DNA from: a virus
IMG/VR virus record: IMGVR_UViG_3300050821_003663
Coordinates: 1-64,000 of that record
Strand: one strand, 5' to 3'
DNA length: 64,000 nt
Shown: positions 21,193 through 30,975 of the stretch, in pieces
Layout: every line of letters begins with the position of its first letter
Numbering within the stretch: position 1 is the stretch's first letter
Position numbers and translations under genes: made by a program
The notes under the pieces: model-generated
Database searches by the model: none
What the model saw: the letters and a program-made list of their open reading frames with translations, nothing else
Told to the model about the DNA's origin: nothing

Positions 21193-21533
21193 CGTTCCTG
21201 CCAAGGAACTGTGACCGTATGATTCCACCCCTAAAATTCGGGTTGTATCGCCGTCTCGTCGCCGTGGTGCGTCCGGGGCATGGCGATCCTCCCCCCGGCA
21301 GTTGGCAACGGTGCAGGAGTAGAAAGATTCAGGCCAACAACAGGCAGCAGCGGCAGCTTTACGGACTTCCGACGGTCTGACCCCCCGTCAGGGTTTAGGC
21401 TGGCGCGGATCTGCCAGTCTCAGAACACGGCCATCCAACCGGGGCCAGGTTCGTGTAAGAGCGCTGTGAACATTTGAAATTCTGCTGGGGGTGACCCCGG
21501 TAGGAGGGAGTATTTAAAAGAAAAGCCAGCCTA

Positions 21534-21562
21534 TTGCGTAATTAGCCTACATGGGCGACAAT
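21534..21562 (+). promoter_or_regulatory. Promoter with AGCCTACATG in spacer
   Basis: TTGCGT-N17-GACAAT. Confidence 0.55.
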
Positions 21563-21578
21563 GTGCTCGGAGGGAAGA

Positions 21579-22745
21579 TTGACTACACCTTTGCTGATAA
21601 TCAGCGATGCCCCCACATCGCATACCGGGTTAGGCCGCATCTGCCGCGAGCTGGCTACAAAGATCCACGAAGATCTCTCCGATGTTTTTGAGGTAGCAAC
21701 CTTCACCTTCGGCGGGACCACATCGAGGCACCTTCCATTCCTGCAGTACCCGATGACCCAGAGCCACAACTATGTCCCGCCGGAACTACCGAAGGTGTGG
21801 AAGGACTTTGCCGGCGAGAAGAAGGGTGTTGTACTGACGATCTGGAATCCGAGCTGGCTGCGATGGTTGGTGGACCCAGACAGTCTGCCAGACAGCCAAC
21901 TCAAGAACTTCCTGAAGGCGGGGTACTTCAAGACCTGGGGCTACTTTCCGATTGACGGCCACGGACCCGATGGGATGCTTCCAAAGTCGATTGTCGACGT
22001 GATCGACAGCTTCGACCGAAAACTGGCGTATACCAAGTGGGCGGCAAAGATTATCGGCGATTCTATCGCCGAGACCGTTCCGGCACTACCTCACGGACTC
22101 GACACGAACGTCTTCAAGCCATACGACAAGATGGAGTCTAGGAAGAATTTCTTTGGCCGGCTGCAGATTGAATCGGCTGGGGAGCTAAAGCCGGACCTCT
22201 TCTTTGTGGGAGTCGTGGCGACGAACACCCAGCGCAAAGATTGGTATCTTGCGTTTCAGACCTGTCAGGAACTTCTGAAGCGCGGCGTCAACGTGGGCCT
22301 GTGGGCACACACCGACGCCTACATCAAGGCGTGGGATCTCCTGACGTTGAAGGATCAGTTTGGTATGCACGGCCGGGTAACGATCTCAACCGCCATGCTG
22401 GACGACGTGGCGCTCGCGAGATGTTATTCGTGTATGGACGTGACGCTAGGAATCGGCAGCGGCGAGGGCTGGGGCTTTCCTCTTGCGGAGAGTTTGGCCT
22501 GTGGCGTCCCGGTGATCCACGGAGGCTACGGAGGTGGCGCCGAGTTCTGCCCGTTCATTGTGCCCCCTGTAGCGTGGCGCGGCGAGGGTGTTCTGGGGAT
22601 CAAGCGGCCGGTGTATTCCCCGCAGGCATGGGCCGATGCTGTGATGGTTGCAGCAAAACATTTCCCGCGAGTGGGCCTACCACCCTACATTTCGTGGGAC
22701 AACGCATGGCCGGAGTGGAAAAAATGGCTAACGAGCTCATTGTAA
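21579..22745 (+). CDS. GT4-family (GT-B) glycosyltransferase
   Basis: ISDAPTSHTGLGR, PHGLDT, NTQRKD, GEGWGFPLAESLACGVPVI; TTG start after GGAGGG (alternative ATG 21561). Confidence 0.9.
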   Translation: MTTPLLIISDAPTSHTGLGRICRELATKIHEDLSDVFEVATFTFGGTTSRHLPFLQYPMTQSHNYVPPELPKVWKDFAGEKKGVVLTIWNPSWLRWLVDPDSLPDSQLKNFLKAGYFKTWGYFPIDGHGPDGMLPKSIVDVIDSFDRKLAYTKWAAKIIGDSIAETVPALPHGLDTNVFKPYDKMESRKNFFGRLQIESAGELKPDLFFVGVVATNTQRKDWYLAFQTCQELLKRGVNVGLWAHTDAYIKAWDLLTLKDQFGMHGRVTISTAMLDDVALARCYSCMDVTLGIGSGEGWGFPLAESLACGVPVIHGGYGGGAEFCPFIVPPVAWRGEGVLGIKRPVYSPQAWADAVMVAAKHFPRVGLPPYISWDNAWPEWKKWLTSSL

Positions 22746-23431
22746 TTTCGCCTATCACTCGCCGGCAGGGCTTCATCGACGAGTATGAAGACCAGCTCGC
22801 GGCCGCAGAGATCGAGTTCTACCCGTGCCCCATCATGCTTGATGATGGGATTGCGTCGATCACCGCGAGATGGAAGATCAACTTCATCCGTTCGATGTGC
22901 CAGAGGTTTCAGAAATACTCACGACTTGTATTCACCGATGGCTGGGACGTGCTTTTCTACGGGAGTAAGCAGGATCTCGTCGACAAACTCCCCAGCGGTG
23001 TCCTGGTGAGCGCGGAACGGAATTGCTGGCCCGAGAGGGATCTTACGGAGAGCCTCAAAACCACCAGCCGGTGGAGCTACTGCAATCCCGGAATGCTGTC
23101 AGGATCTCCCGAGAGGCTAATGGCGTGGACCACCCAAGCCCTTCGTATGCCAGATCTCGACATCATGGAGCAGGCTTGGTTCAACCGAAGAGCCGATAAA
23201 GGCGATATCGAAATCATTCGTGACCTGACTACGGCCATTTTCTACACCGTCTCGCGAGATCTGGAGGACGGATCCCTAGAGCACAACTGTGGACTGCCGT
23301 GGGGTTCGGTGTGCAATGCGAAGTATGGGACGTACCCCCACTTCTTTCACTTCTCAGGAAAGTGCCCATCTGTACCGTTTCGGGCTATGCTACGGGGGAG
23401 GACTAAATCCCTTTGCGCATCTGCCTCATAA
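22724..23431 (+). CDS. PLOD/LH3-type GT-A glycosyltransferase domain protein
   Basis: VFTDGWDV, SAERNCWP, YCNPG, HFSG motifs. Confidence 0.75.
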   Translation: MANELIVISPITRRQGFIDEYEDQLAAAEIEFYPCPIMLDDGIASITARWKINFIRSMCQRFQKYSRLVFTDGWDVLFYGSKQDLVDKLPSGVLVSAERNCWPERDLTESLKTTSRWSYCNPGMLSGSPERLMAWTTQALRMPDLDIMEQAWFNRRADKGDIEIIRDLTTAIFYTVSRDLEDGSLEHNCGLPWGSVCNAKYGTYPHFFHFSGKCPSVPFRAMLRGRTKSLCASAS

Positions 23432-24828
23432 CGCCGCCGTCACCCTTCTTGCTGGACGAGAGGGTATTCCCGGCGCTCGGCATCCTTCGGGTGGGAGCGG
23501 TCCTCGAAGCGGCGGGACACCAAGTGGATCATCTTGATTTGTGCGGAGTTATCAATGCAGAGCAAGTCGTCAGAGATTACCGTGGAGCTAGTGTATTCGG
23601 TGTCACTGCTACCACGCCGCAAATACCAGCCGCAATGCGTATTGGAGCAGTGCTTCGTGAAGGGGTCGGAGCTAAAACGATACTCGGCGGTCCTCACCCT
23701 ACCCTCCTTCATGCTGCTGCCAAGCGCGGCAACGAGCGAGCGCAGGTAGCCTTGAACTACCTTGTCGAGCACTTCGACGTTGTCGTCGCCGGGGACGGCG
23801 AGAAGGCCATATTTACAGCTCTCCATTCCCGAGGGCTGGTAGATGCCGATGACCCCAAGAACATCCTGTGGAACACCTCGAAAGATTTCGAGCAGTCTCC
23901 GTGGCCGGCGAGGCACTTGGTAGACATGGATAGCTACCACTACAAGATCGACGGCGCCAAGGCCACGTCGATGATCGCCCAGCTCGGATGCCCGTTCCAC
24001 TGCAAATTCTGCGGCGGCCGCAACAGCCCGATGCTCCGCCAGATTCGCGTACGGCCGTCAAACAGCGTCGTCGACGAGATGATGCACCTCCACAACGAGT
24101 ACGGCATGACGGGCATTATGCACTTCCAGGACGAGCTCAACGTCAACCACCGCAACCTTGTGGATCTCATGGTGAAGATCAAAGAGACGGGGATCCCGTG
24201 GCAACAGCGCGGATTCGTGAAGGCGGAGCTCTTCAATGAGGAGCAGGCCGAAGCGATGTACGCCGCCGGCTTCCGCTGGCTTCTGTGCGGGTTCGAATCG
24301 GCACACCCGCGCATCCTCAAGAACATCGCCAAGAACGCCACTCGGGAAGACAACACGCGGATGCTGCGAATCGCGCACAAGTACGGCATCAAGGTAAAGG
24401 CACTGATGAGCGTAGGCCATCCGGGAGAGAGCGAGGAGACAATCCTCGCAACCCGCGACTGGCTACTGGAAGAGAAGCCAGACGACTTCGATGTAACGAT
24501 TATCACGGTCTATCCGGGGACGCCGTACTTCGATGAGTCCGTCTGTGTTGGAGAGCCGGTCTACAAGTTCACCACGAACGGGGATGTGCTCTACAGCGAG
24601 AACACCGACTTCCATCGCGACATGCAGTATTACAAGGGCGCACCGGGAGAATATAAATCCTACGTCTGGACTGACGACATCTCACGCGGCCGGCTGTGTG
24701 AGGTGCGAGATCAGGTGGAGGAGGAGGTCCGGTCAAAGCTCGGGATCCCCTATGCGACCGGCGCGGCCGCAATCAACTTTGACCATTCGATGGGAATGAC
24801 GCCACAAATTTTGAGGAGCTCCAAGTGA
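23413..24828 (+). CDS. B12-binding radical SAM protein (class B methyltransferase-like)
   Basis: ILGGPHPT, GDGEKA, GCPFHCKFC, GFESA, GHPGE, YPGTP. Confidence 0.92.
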   Translation: MRICLITPPSPFLLDERVFPALGILRVGAVLEAAGHQVDHLDLCGVINAEQVVRDYRGASVFGVTATTPQIPAAMRIGAVLREGVGAKTILGGPHPTLLHAAAKRGNERAQVALNYLVEHFDVVVAGDGEKAIFTALHSRGLVDADDPKNILWNTSKDFEQSPWPARHLVDMDSYHYKIDGAKATSMIAQLGCPFHCKFCGGRNSPMLRQIRVRPSNSVVDEMMHLHNEYGMTGIMHFQDELNVNHRNLVDLMVKIKETGIPWQQRGFVKAELFNEEQAEAMYAAGFRWLLCGFESAHPRILKNIAKNATREDNTRMLRIAHKYGIKVKALMSVGHPGESEETILATRDWLLEEKPDDFDVTIITVYPGTPYFDESVCVGEPVYKFTTNGDVLYSENTDFHRDMQYYKGAPGEYKSYVWTDDISRGRLCEVRDQVEEEVRSKLGIPYATGAAAINFDHSMGMTPQILRSSK

Positions 24829-25484
24829 TCGACTACCGCGCCTGGATCATGCACGTCAACCGTCTCGACTTTCTCTTCAAGGCAGTAAACAGCGCTGCGG
24901 ACATAAAAGACGGACTTACAGTTATTGACAATTCAGCGAAAGAAGACGAGAGGTTGGCGTACAACCTTGGAGTGAAAGTGTTCCGGCCCTGCGTTCCACT
25001 TTCCTGTCCGCAGTCATTCAACCTAATGATGCGAGAGACGCGAGAGGCCGGCACGAACATCTGCATCTGGATGCACTCAGACGCGGAGGCTCACGCGGGG
25101 AGCTGCCTGAAGCTTCTCAATACCGCGAGGAAGATGAACGACGAAGGCCGCAAGTGGGGGATCCTGTGGACGAACTACGACGCCCTGTGCGCGATGAATG
25201 CCAACATGCTTCAAGACGTGGGGGAGTGGGATATAAATCTTCCGCAATACTTCGTGGACAACGACCAGCAGAGGCGACTCCGCATCGCAGGCTACGAGTT
25301 GATAGACACGGGGATCCCGGTTCATCACACCGGATCGGTAACAATCAGAAGCGACAAGCGTCTCGAATTCTTGAACTCCATCACCTTTCCACTGTACGAG
25401 AAGTACTACCGTCAGAAATGGGGAGGATCGCCAGGGCAGGAGACGTTCACGATTCCGTTTGGAAGATCGGATATTTTCGGGTAG
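24825..25484 (+). CDS. GT2-family glycosyltransferase
   Basis: VIDNS, HSDAE, VGEWD...YFVDND, HHTGS, KWGG. Confidence 0.8.
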   Translation: MIDYRAWIMHVNRLDFLFKAVNSAADIKDGLTVIDNSAKEDERLAYNLGVKVFRPCVPLSCPQSFNLMMRETREAGTNICIWMHSDAEAHAGSCLKLLNTARKMNDEGRKWGILWTNYDALCAMNANMLQDVGEWDINLPQYFVDNDQQRRLRIAGYELIDTGIPVHHTGSVTIRSDKRLEFLNSITFPLYEKYYRQKWGGSPGQETFTIPFGRSDIFG

Positions 25485-25512
25485 TCCAAAATTTGGACTG
25501 AGGGAGGGTTTT

Positions 25513-25997
25513 ATGGAGCCAGTTTCGCCTGTGATGCCGGGGTCAGAACCGATAGAGGTAGTGCTTGGAAAAGATCAACCGCAGTACATCCCCCTGCCGG
25601 CGGTGTATCTCGACACCAACGCAAGGCCAATGATTACAAGATGGCGACTCACCGAGGAAGAGCGGGACGCAATCGCGAACGGAGCTGACATCGTGATGCA
25701 GCAGCTCACCTTCCGAAACCCATACCAGCCGGTGAATTTACAGGTGGTATTCCCCGAAGAGAACCCAGTTTTCGTACAGGAGCCATAATGCCATTCCCGA
25801 AGAACATCGAGGAGCTGCGAGCGGCGGACTACAAGTTCGATAACCACGCAACCTGCCGTGGCTGTGGTGAAGAGATCGAGTGGTGGATTACGCCGAAGGG
25901 AAGCAAGATGCCGATGAACCCGATGCCGTCAGCTTCGACGCCGGCGGTAACCCACTTCTCCACCTGTACCGAGGCCGAGTCGTTCCGAAAGAAGTAG
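25513..25997 (+). CDS. Two small phage proteins (25513-25788; 25788-25997 with CxxC...HxxxC)
   Basis: RBS and coupling; DQPQYIPLP and HFSTC motifs. Confidence 0.7.
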
Positions 25998-26029
25998 ATA
26001 GCAATCGCCGACCGCGCTAACATTGGCGC

Positions 26030-29000
26030 ATGGCCGACGCAGCATTCAGGACATACAACCTCGTCAACCAGTCGAAGGGAATCTCCGCCCGCTACGTCGA
26101 CGATGCCGTCCCCGAATCGGTTTACCTCAACATGGACAACGTGGAGGAGATCGAAGAGAACGCGCTCGCGTCTCGGCTCGGAAGCACGGTCATCAACAAG
26201 GGATCTTTTGGCTTAGCGTTTCCGCTATCAGGATCCGTCTATTCGCTCAACAAACTTGCAGGGTTGAACGGTATCGGATGGAGATACGCCGGTTCGGGAA
26301 CCAACCTATATCGGCGAAACGTGGCGTTCACAGGATCGTACACCGTAATCTCCACTACGATGAGTGGGCAGCCGTGGCAGGGGGTGGTCTATCAGCCAGA
26401 GATCAGCTCTATGCCGTACCTCTTCATCGCCGACCTGGCGGGGATGCTGAAGGATAACGGTTCGTTTACCCCTCCTCAAAACATGGGGATCAAGCAGCCG
26501 CAGTACCCAGTGCTCGCGCAAGCTCAAGCCCCGGACCTGATCGTGCTGGACGACTACGAATCATTGTCCACCGACTACACGTACACCGGCATCTCCGGAG
26601 GGACGGTAGGTCCGAACGTTTTCACTAACACCACATCCAATATCGCCACGCCGGGGATTCAGGAAGTCAACGTCGCAGACCCGAGCCTCATCGCACTGTA
26701 CCAGTACCTCTCCATCGGATCAGAAGCGGTGCTCGTCCTATTTGTAACCGCCACAGGGTTCATCGCGGACTTCCAGTTTCCTCACCCGACTGGATCGGCA
26801 GTAGAAAACCAGCAGCTAAGCTTTGTTGTTCCCCCGAGCACAACCGCGACCGTGAGCAAGTCGTTCGGAGGAACCCCCATATCGGCGTGGCCCACCACGC
26901 TGCAGCTAGAAGACTACATTAGCCTGTTCGTCTTCATCAGCGACCCAACCCAGGTGAAGTCGATCACTTTGAAGTTCGACTGCGGAGACGGAACTTTCGA
27001 GACAGACTACTTCTACCGCGTCATCGCACAAGGCCCGCTGCAGAGCCTTCTGGAGACACAGACAGATCCTACTGTTGCCGCGAGCGATGCGATCATATCC
27101 GAAGCGCTGGATATCTATGGAAGCAATCCCGGAGGGGTAACAGCTCTCAACACCGGACTCAACCAGTGGACTCACATCCTCCTGCAATTGTCGGACTTCG
27201 CCGGCGCGGGACGAGCGGACTTCAACGACCCATCCTTCAACTGGCAGAACGTCAACGGATACCAGGTTGAGATCGTGACTAACGATACTACGGCCGCAAC
27301 CGTTGGCCTGTGCGCCCTCGTCCTCTTTGGGGGAGCTGGTCCGGACAGCTTTGCCGGCGTTGCCTACGACTACCTCTTCACCTTCTACAACGTTGTGGAC
27401 GGCTCGGAATCGAATCCGTGCATGGTGATGACGAACATCAACCCCCCGCTCAATACGAACTGGGTGGTTCCGCGAAGGCAGCCGGTACTCTTGACGCTGA
27501 ATCACCCGATACTAGATCCACAGACCACACACCTACGTGTCTATCGTCGTGGCGGAACGCTGGGCGATAACTACCGTCGCGTCGACCAGATCGTCCCCAC
27601 GGGAACGCAGACACTCTACACGGACCTTTCGTCGGACGTTGATATCGAAGTGGCCGATACCGTGTCGTTCGTGAATGACGTGCCAGTCACCAGTACCCTG
27701 CCAGTGCCCGTAAACACGACTTTGAATGTTGCGCTCACCGCGACCAACCAAGTGCAAACGATTACCCCGGCGAGCATGGCAAATATCTCGGTAGGCCAGC
27801 AGGTGACCATAGGCAACATTGCGCCGGTAGATCTCTTGGACACGTCGGAGATCGTTATTGTGCTCACCAAGACAGGATCGAACTTCACCGCGTTCGTGCA
27901 GAACACGCACGAAGTCGGAGAACTAATCAGCGCAACCGCGCAATACTACCTACCCGTCAACATCATGGCGCAGGCTTACGACCAGATGTGGTTTGCCGGA
28001 GACAAAAATAACCCTGCGTACCTGTACTACAGCGCGAAGGGAGCGCCTCAGAACGTAGGGTCCGATAACTACGTGGCGGTGACTACCCCAGACGACCCGA
28101 TCACCGCAATCGTGCAGATCAAGGGAAACCTGTACGTGTCGACGCGAAAGTTCTGGTGGTCGATTGCACCAGGTACGAATGCAGGGCAGCCGCCCACGGT
28201 ATATCCAACGGCCGCAAAGCATGGATGTGTGGCGCCGAACGGCTACGTACTAACCGAGGAGGGCGTCTACTACCAAGCCATCGACGGCATCCGCTTCTTC
28301 GGAGGAGGAGCATCGGTCTACTTGACCCAAGATCAGGAATTCTTGTTTCAAGACGTGGGGAACACGCCGATCATCGAAGCCAATCCAAACAGCCTCAACC
28401 TGACTGTCGGCGCCTACTGGAACAACATGATCTTCTTCTCCTACGTCGGCACTGACGGGAAGAGGCATCGCCTCATCTTCCACACGGTCTATAAGCGCTG
28501 GCGAAACGATGACGCGGATGCGCAGTCGATCTTCCTCGAAGCTGACACCAACGTGCTCGTCTATGGGACAAGCGATGGCCTCGTGAAGATCGACCGGGTA
28601 GGAACGTGGGACGAGAAGAACGTAGCGGGCACGATCACGCCGACGGCAATTCCAATCAACCTGCAGTGGTCGTACAAAGATCAAGGGATGCCGGCGGAGA
28701 CGAAGATCTATCAGGAGTTCACGCTGGACTGTAACACCAACGGTCAGGACGTGACGCCGGTGCTGATGTTCAACGACGGAGAATTCTTTGAGACTCTGGA
28801 CGTAATCAACACCACAGAGCGCACGCGGTTCAACTTGCCGCTAAATAACGGTCAGGGATTCGTGGCGTACAAAGTATCGCTTGTGTTGACCGGCAATGCG
28901 CTGCAGAGAATCTTCCTCTATCAAGCCTGCATTCGCGCACTACAGCTAGCGAAGACGCGAAAGAGCCTGGACACGTACTACCTCCGCTTCTCCGACGACG

Positions 29001-29293
29001 GCTCGAAGATCTGCAAGAACCTCTTTGTGGAGTACAGCGCGAACGAGGAGATATTCTGCATGATCCAGTACGACGATCCCGCGTACGCACCGTTCACCTT
29101 CACACTGCCAGCGAGCGTAGGAGTCCGCAACCCGATGCGCGTACGGCTGCCGGCCGTAAACTTCCGTTGGCTGCGATTGACGATGATATCGAGCGACGAC
29201 TTCCAGATCTGGAACGAGAGCCGGTTCGAGGTGAAGCCCATCTGTAGCGGCAAGGGATACCAATTCTTCGGTTTGCTCAACGTAGAAACCTAG
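26030..29293 (+). CDS. Tail nozzle/stabilisation protein (P22 gp10/T7 gp12-like)
   Basis: 1087-aa beta-rich protein; LRVYRRGG, LYYSAKG, HGCVAP motifs. Confidence 0.7.
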   Translation: MADAAFRTYNLVNQSKGISARYVDDAVPESVYLNMDNVEEIEENALASRLGSTVINKGSFGLAFPLSGSVYSLNKLAGLNGIGWRYAGSGTNLYRRNVAFTGSYTVISTTMSGQPWQGVVYQPEISSMPYLFIADLAGMLKDNGSFTPPQNMGIKQPQYPVLAQAQAPDLIVLDDYESLSTDYTYTGISGGTVGPNVFTNTTSNIATPGIQEVNVADPSLIALYQYLSIGSEAVLVLFVTATGFIADFQFPHPTGSAVENQQLSFVVPPSTTATVSKSFGGTPISAWPTTLQLEDYISLFVFISDPTQVKSITLKFDCGDGTFETDYFYRVIAQGPLQSLLETQTDPTVAASDAIISEALDIYGSNPGGVTALNTGLNQWTHILLQLSDFAGAGRADFNDPSFNWQNVNGYQVEIVTNDTTAATVGLCALVLFGGAGPDSFAGVAYDYLFTFYNVVDGSESNPCMVMTNINPPLNTNWVVPRRQPVLLTLNHPILDPQTTHLRVYRRGGTLGDNYRRVDQIVPTGTQTLYTDLSSDVDIEVADTVSFVNDVPVTSTLPVPVNTTLNVALTATNQVQTITPASMANISVGQQVTIGNIAPVDLLDTSEIVIVLTKTGSNFTAFVQNTHEVGELISATAQYYLPVNIMAQAYDQMWFAGDKNNPAYLYYSAKGAPQNVGSDNYVAVTTPDDPITAIVQIKGNLYVSTRKFWWSIAPGTNAGQPPTVYPTAAKHGCVAPNGYVLTEEGVYYQAIDGIRFFGGGASVYLTQDQEFLFQDVGNTPIIEANPNSLNLTVGAYWNNMIFFSYVGTDGKRHRLIFHTVYKRWRNDDADAQSIFLEADTNVLVYGTSDGLVKIDRVGTWDEKNVAGTITPTAIPINLQWSYKDQGMPAETKIYQEFTLDCNTNGQDVTPVLMFNDGEFFETLDVINTTERTRFNLPLNNGQGFVAYKVSLVLTGNALQRIFLYQACIRALQLAKTRKSLDTYYLRFSDDGSKICKNLFVEYSANEEIFCMIQYDDPAYAPFTFTLPASVGVRNPMRVRLPAVNFRWLRLTMISSDDFQIWNESRFEVKPICSGKGYQFFGLLNVET

Positions 29294-29322
29294 TTGACAT
29301 GATTTAGCCTACGTGAGACTAT
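29294..29322 (+). promoter_or_regulatory. Promoter of tRNA cluster 1
   Basis: TTGACA-N17-GACTAT with AGCCTACGTG in spacer. Confidence 0.7.
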
Positions 29323-29328
29323 TCGGTC

Positions 29329-29403
29329 ATGCACACGTTACACAGCTCGTATTCACTGTTGTCCTGCCTCAGCGCAGGCGGCGGGGGGTATTGGCCTATG
29401 TAA
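29329..29403 (+). CDS. Attenuator leader peptide 1 MHTLHSSYSLLSCLSAGGGGYWPM
   Basis: ATG 6 nt after -10; codons 6-15 all Ser/Tyr/Leu/Cys, matching downstream tRNAs. Confidence 0.8.
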   Translation: MHTLHSSYSLLSCLSAGGGGYWPM

Positions 29404-29427
29404 CGAGATAGTCCAATCGAGTTCACT

Positions 29428-29458
29428 CCCGCCACCTAAGAATGGCGGGTATTTTTTT
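29428..29458 (+). terminator. Attenuator 1 terminator
   Basis: CCCGCCA-N8-TGGCGGG then TA and T7, ending 2 nt before first tRNA. Confidence 0.85.
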
Positions 29459-29460
29459 GT

Positions 29461-29539
29461 GCGGAGCTAGGAGAATGGCAGATCCGGCCGCCTCAAAAGC
29501 GGTGACTTCCTCTGGGTTCGAGTCCCAGGCTCCGCACCA
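29461..29539 (+). tRNA. tRNA-Leu(CAA), short variable loop
   Basis: Cloverleaf, loop CTCAAAA, ACCA end. Confidence 0.9.
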
Positions 29540-29542
29540 GAT

Positions 29543-29619
29543 GTGGCAGTAGCCAAGACGGAAAGGCGCCGGCCTGCAAAGCTGGTCATGCGGGAGTTCG
29601 ATTCTCCCCTGCCACTCCA
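29543..29619 (+). tRNA. tRNA-Cys(GCA)
   Basis: Loop CTGCAAA, TCCA end. Confidence 0.9.
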
Positions 29620-29633
29620 AGATCTTTGACAAT

Positions 29634-29709
29634 GCGCGTGTGGCCAAACGGCAAAGGCTCCGGATTTAGGCTCCGGGATGTGTGGGTTCGAATCCCACCT
29701 CGCGCACCA
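29634..29709 (+). tRNA. tRNA-Leu(TAG), short variable loop
   Basis: Loop TTTAGGC, ACCA end. Confidence 0.9.
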
Positions 29710-29718
29710 TATTTTCAC

Positions 29719-29808
29719 GGAGAGATGCGTGAACGGTAAAACGGCCGGTTTGCTAAACCGGCGGTCCTAGTGATAGGCCGCGTGGGGTCAGCACCCACTC
29801 TCTCCTCC
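29719..29808 (+). tRNA. tRNA-Ser(GCT)
   Basis: Loop TTGCTAA, long variable arm, atypical T-loop GTCAGCA, ends TCC. Confidence 0.8.
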
Positions 29809-29899
29809 GGAGGGCGCTGCTAGGCTGGTCTGGCAACTGGTCCTGAAAACCAGAGTGTACCCGCAAGGGGCAGGGGTTCGACTCCTCCGCTCTCCTCCA
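29809..29899 (+). tRNA. tRNA-Ser(TGA)
   Basis: Loop CCTGAAA (C33), long variable arm, TCCA end. Confidence 0.85.
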
Positions 29900-29904
29900 A
29901 GATT

Positions 29905-29993
29905 GCCGGTGATGTCCCGTGGGAAGTGGACGCCTGTCCGTAAAACAGAAGCGCCAAAGCGCATTGAGAGTTCGAACCTCTCCACCGGCACCA
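29905..29993 (+). tRNA. tRNA-Tyr(GTA)
   Basis: Loop CCGTAAA (C33), variable arm, ACCA end. Confidence 0.85.
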
Positions 29994-30037
29994 GAAATAA
30001 AGCTTGACCATGTAGGCTAATTGTGAAACCTTGTGAT

Positions 30038-30112
30038 GGCGGGGTAGAGCAGTGGCAGCTCGGGTGGCTCATAACCACCAGGTCGGAGGTTCAAGTCCTT
30101 CCCCCGCAACCA
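30038..30112 (+). tRNA. tRNA-Met(CAT), initiator-like
   Basis: Loop CTCATAA; unpaired G1xA72, A11-U24; only two of the three bottom G-C pairs in the anticodon stem. Confidence 0.8.
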
Positions 30113-30187
30113 TTCGATGTAACACGGGCGGAGGAAGCCAGGGGTAGTACACCCCGCCTCCGCCCAACTATTCTGGGGAGGCAACAC

Positions 30188-30403
30188 ATGGCATTCACCG
30201 AAGCGGAGATTGAAGATCTTTTCACGTACCACGCACCCAAGCCCGGACAGCAGGAGCGCTATCAGGCAATCCGCGAGTCCGCGAAGGGCTTGGCAAAGAC
30301 CATCGTCGCAAACACCCCAGCATCCGCCGATCAATCCGCAGCCATCCGCCATCTTCGTGAGGCAGTGATGACGGCCAACTCCTCAATCGCCTTGGAGAAG
30401 TAA
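30188..30403 (+). CDS. Acb2/Tad1-like helical-hairpin protein (putative immune-signal sponge)
   Basis: FTYHAPKPGQQERYQAIR...LREAVMTANSSIA pattern; GGGGAGG RBS. Confidence 0.7.
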   Translation: MAFTEAEIEDLFTYHAPKPGQQERYQAIRESAKGLAKTIVANTPASADQSAAIRHLREAVMTANSSIALEK

Positions 30404-30414
30404 AAGGAGGCCGC

Positions 30415-30963
30415 GTGAAGCTCATCCTGGTCATAGACAGAGCGCTTCTCTTGGCCTTCAACTGGACGGTTATTTTCTGTATTGAATGGTTCTCATGGAA
30501 TCGCCGGTGGATCGAGCGAGGGTGCATCATCGGATACGTGACGTTCAATGTGGTCCTTTCCGTCGACAACAAATTCGAGCACCACAGTTCCATGATGCTT
30601 TACACGCTACCCTTCACTCTGTTGATTGCCTCCGCGATGTGGGTTATCGAGGGGGACTCCGACACGAAGCGGATGGCAAGGATATGGAGCATGGAATATA
30701 TCGCCGCAAGGGTTGGCTGGTCAGGTATATGCGCAGTCTTTGTTTTCGCATTGCTAGTGGTGGCAGTGGGCGAGCATGGTAGGTATCTAGTCTCGGCGGC
30801 CGCGATGGCATGTCAGTTGACAAGCTACGTCACATACTTGTACCTCATGGCGTTACCGAGGGGCGGAGAGAAGGGCAAGCGCCGGAAGGTCGCGCTCGCG
30901 AAGCTGAAGGAGTGGTTCGGGTCACTGACGTGGCTACCTACTCCGGCAATGGAACCGCAGTAA
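30415..30963 (+). CDS. Multi-pass membrane protein
   Basis: AAGGAGG RBS; 4-5 hydrophobic segments. Confidence 0.7.
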   Translation: MKLILVIDRALLLAFNWTVIFCIEWFSWNRRWIERGCIIGYVTFNVVLSVDNKFEHHSSMMLYTLPFTLLIASAMWVIEGDSDTKRMARIWSMEYIAARVGWSGICAVFVFALLVVAVGEHGRYLVSAAAMACQLTSYVTYLYLMALPRGGEKGKRRKVALAKLKEWFGSLTWLPTPAMEPQ

Positions 30964-30975
30964 CAGGAGGCAACA

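Noticed and set aside
21199-21510. tmRNA (GCC AAC AAC start resembles a tag)
   Set aside because: No tRNA-like domain, T arm or CCA end, and the frame does not end in an ALAA-type degron.
29809-29899. Selenocysteine or opal-suppressor tRNA
   Set aside because: The 7-nt loop CCTGAAA centres on TGA (Ser), not TCA, and the acceptor stem is 7 bp. No CTA, TTA or TCA anticodon is present in the array, and genes end normally in all three stops, so there is no sign of recoding.
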